Assembly (NCBI GenBank): GCA_026388815.1
Contig: JAPLJA010000080.1
Location: 1,838 to 65,837 of the forward strand
Reading direction: 5' to 3'
Length of the DNA stretch: 64,000 bases
Source: Pseudomonadota bacterium
GTDB lineage: Bacteria > Desulfobacterota > WTBG01 > JAPLJA01
Below, in pieces: positions 63,296 to 64,000 of the stretch. Each line of letters starts with the position of its first letter. The first letter of the stretch is position 1. Under the pieces are notes generated by a model. The model ran no database searches, had not been told where the DNA came from, and worked only from the letters and a program-made list of their open reading frames with translations. A program made the position numbers and the translations under genes.

Positions 63296-64000
63296 GTGGA
63301 AAAGCCAGCACAGGTTAACGACTACGGTGCGGATAAGATAAAGGTTCTGGATGGTTTTGCCGCCGTAAGAAAGCGCCCGGCCATGTACATCGGCTCTACC
63401 AGCAGCAGCGGGCTGCACCACCTGGTCTATGAAGTGGTGGACAACAGCATTGACGAGGCGCTCGCCGGATTCTGCAACCGGGTGGATGTAACGATTCATA
63501 TTGATAATTCTGTCACCGTGGTGGACAACGGCCGCGGGATTCCCGTGGATATGCATCAGGTGGAGAAAAGGCCGGCAGCGGAGGTGGTGATGACCACCCT
63601 CCATTCTGGCGGAAAATTTGACAACCAGACCTATCGGGTGGCAGCAGGCCTCCACGGTGTAGGTGTTTCGGTGGTCAATGCGCTGTCAGAGCACCTCGAG
63701 ATGGAGATCTACCGGGATGGGAAGGTGTACCGTCAGATTTACGCCCGGGGGAAGCCGACTACGCAACTCGAGGTCATGGGCAAGACCACCCGGAGAGGCA
63801 CAAAAATTACCTTCAAGGCAGACCAGGAAATCTTTGAAACACTGGATTTTAGTTTTGACATCCTCTCCCAGCGGTTAAGGGAGCTCGCCTTTCTCAATAA
63901 GGGGGTAACCATTACCATCGAGGATGAGAGGAACGATAAACGGCATGAGTTTAATTATCAGGGGGGCATCAGCTCTTTTGTAGAATATCTGAATAAGAAC
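63296..64000 (+). CDS. gyrB: DNA gyrase subunit B, N-terminal part (continues past the right edge)
   Basis: Not in the track. My translation from GTG 63296 gives ..[49 protein letters not shown]...[11 protein letters not shown]...[13 protein letters not shown]. Confidence 0.9.
   Translation, partial: MEKPAQVNDYGADKIKVLDGFAAVRKRPAMYIGSTSSSGLHHLVYEVVDNSIDEALAGFCNRVDVTIHIDNSVTVVDNGRGIPVDMHQVEKRPAAEVVMTTLHSGGKFDNQTYRVAAGLHGVGVSVVNALSEHLEMEIYRDGKVYRQIYARGKPTTQLEVMGKTTRRGTKITFKADQEIFETLDFSFDILSQRLRELAFLNKGVTITIEDERNDKRHEFNYQGGISSFVEYLNKN

Overview
64-kb chromosomal window from an anaerobic bacterium. The gene content includes desulfoferrodoxin, rubrerythrin, a flavodiiron protein and 2-oxoacid:ferredoxin oxidoreductase. 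The lineage cannot be fixed from sequence alone; a Desulfobacterota/Nitrospirota-like origin is only an inference. Housekeeping blocks are the rfb/ugd/uxs sugar-nucleotide genes, tRNA-Pro, priA, galU, fmt-rpe, mltG-ruvX, hemW, a radical-SAM gene with RNase G, and rsmG-parS-parA-parB-gyrB. These blocks are interrupted by accessory DNA. (i) An AT-richer island at about 1.7-9.3 kb holds a SIR2-like gene translationally coupled to a 983-aa all-helical protein and a Fic fragment. It also holds an hsdS remnant, an AlbA_2/Schlafen-type protein, a DprA-like gene and an unknown ORF. This is my best candidate for an undescribed defence system. (ii) A PerR-linked oxidative-stress operon contains an octahaem HAO-like cytochrome. 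(iii) A diversity-generating retroelement (DGR) lies at 46.9-53.7 kb, ordered target-avd-TR-RT-target. Its RT has a MutS-domain-I-like tail. Its downstream target is a 1351-aa secreted lipase-like multidomain protein with the variable region in the N-terminal domain. A remote two-VR target sits at 32-33.4 kb. (iv) There are three toxin-antitoxin pairs, a RayT transposase remnant and at least four families of hairpin/MITE-like repeats. Two genes (CoA-disulfide reductase-rhodanese and parA) carry internal deletions with frameshifts. All calls rest on reading the ORF translations and hand alignment; no database search was run.
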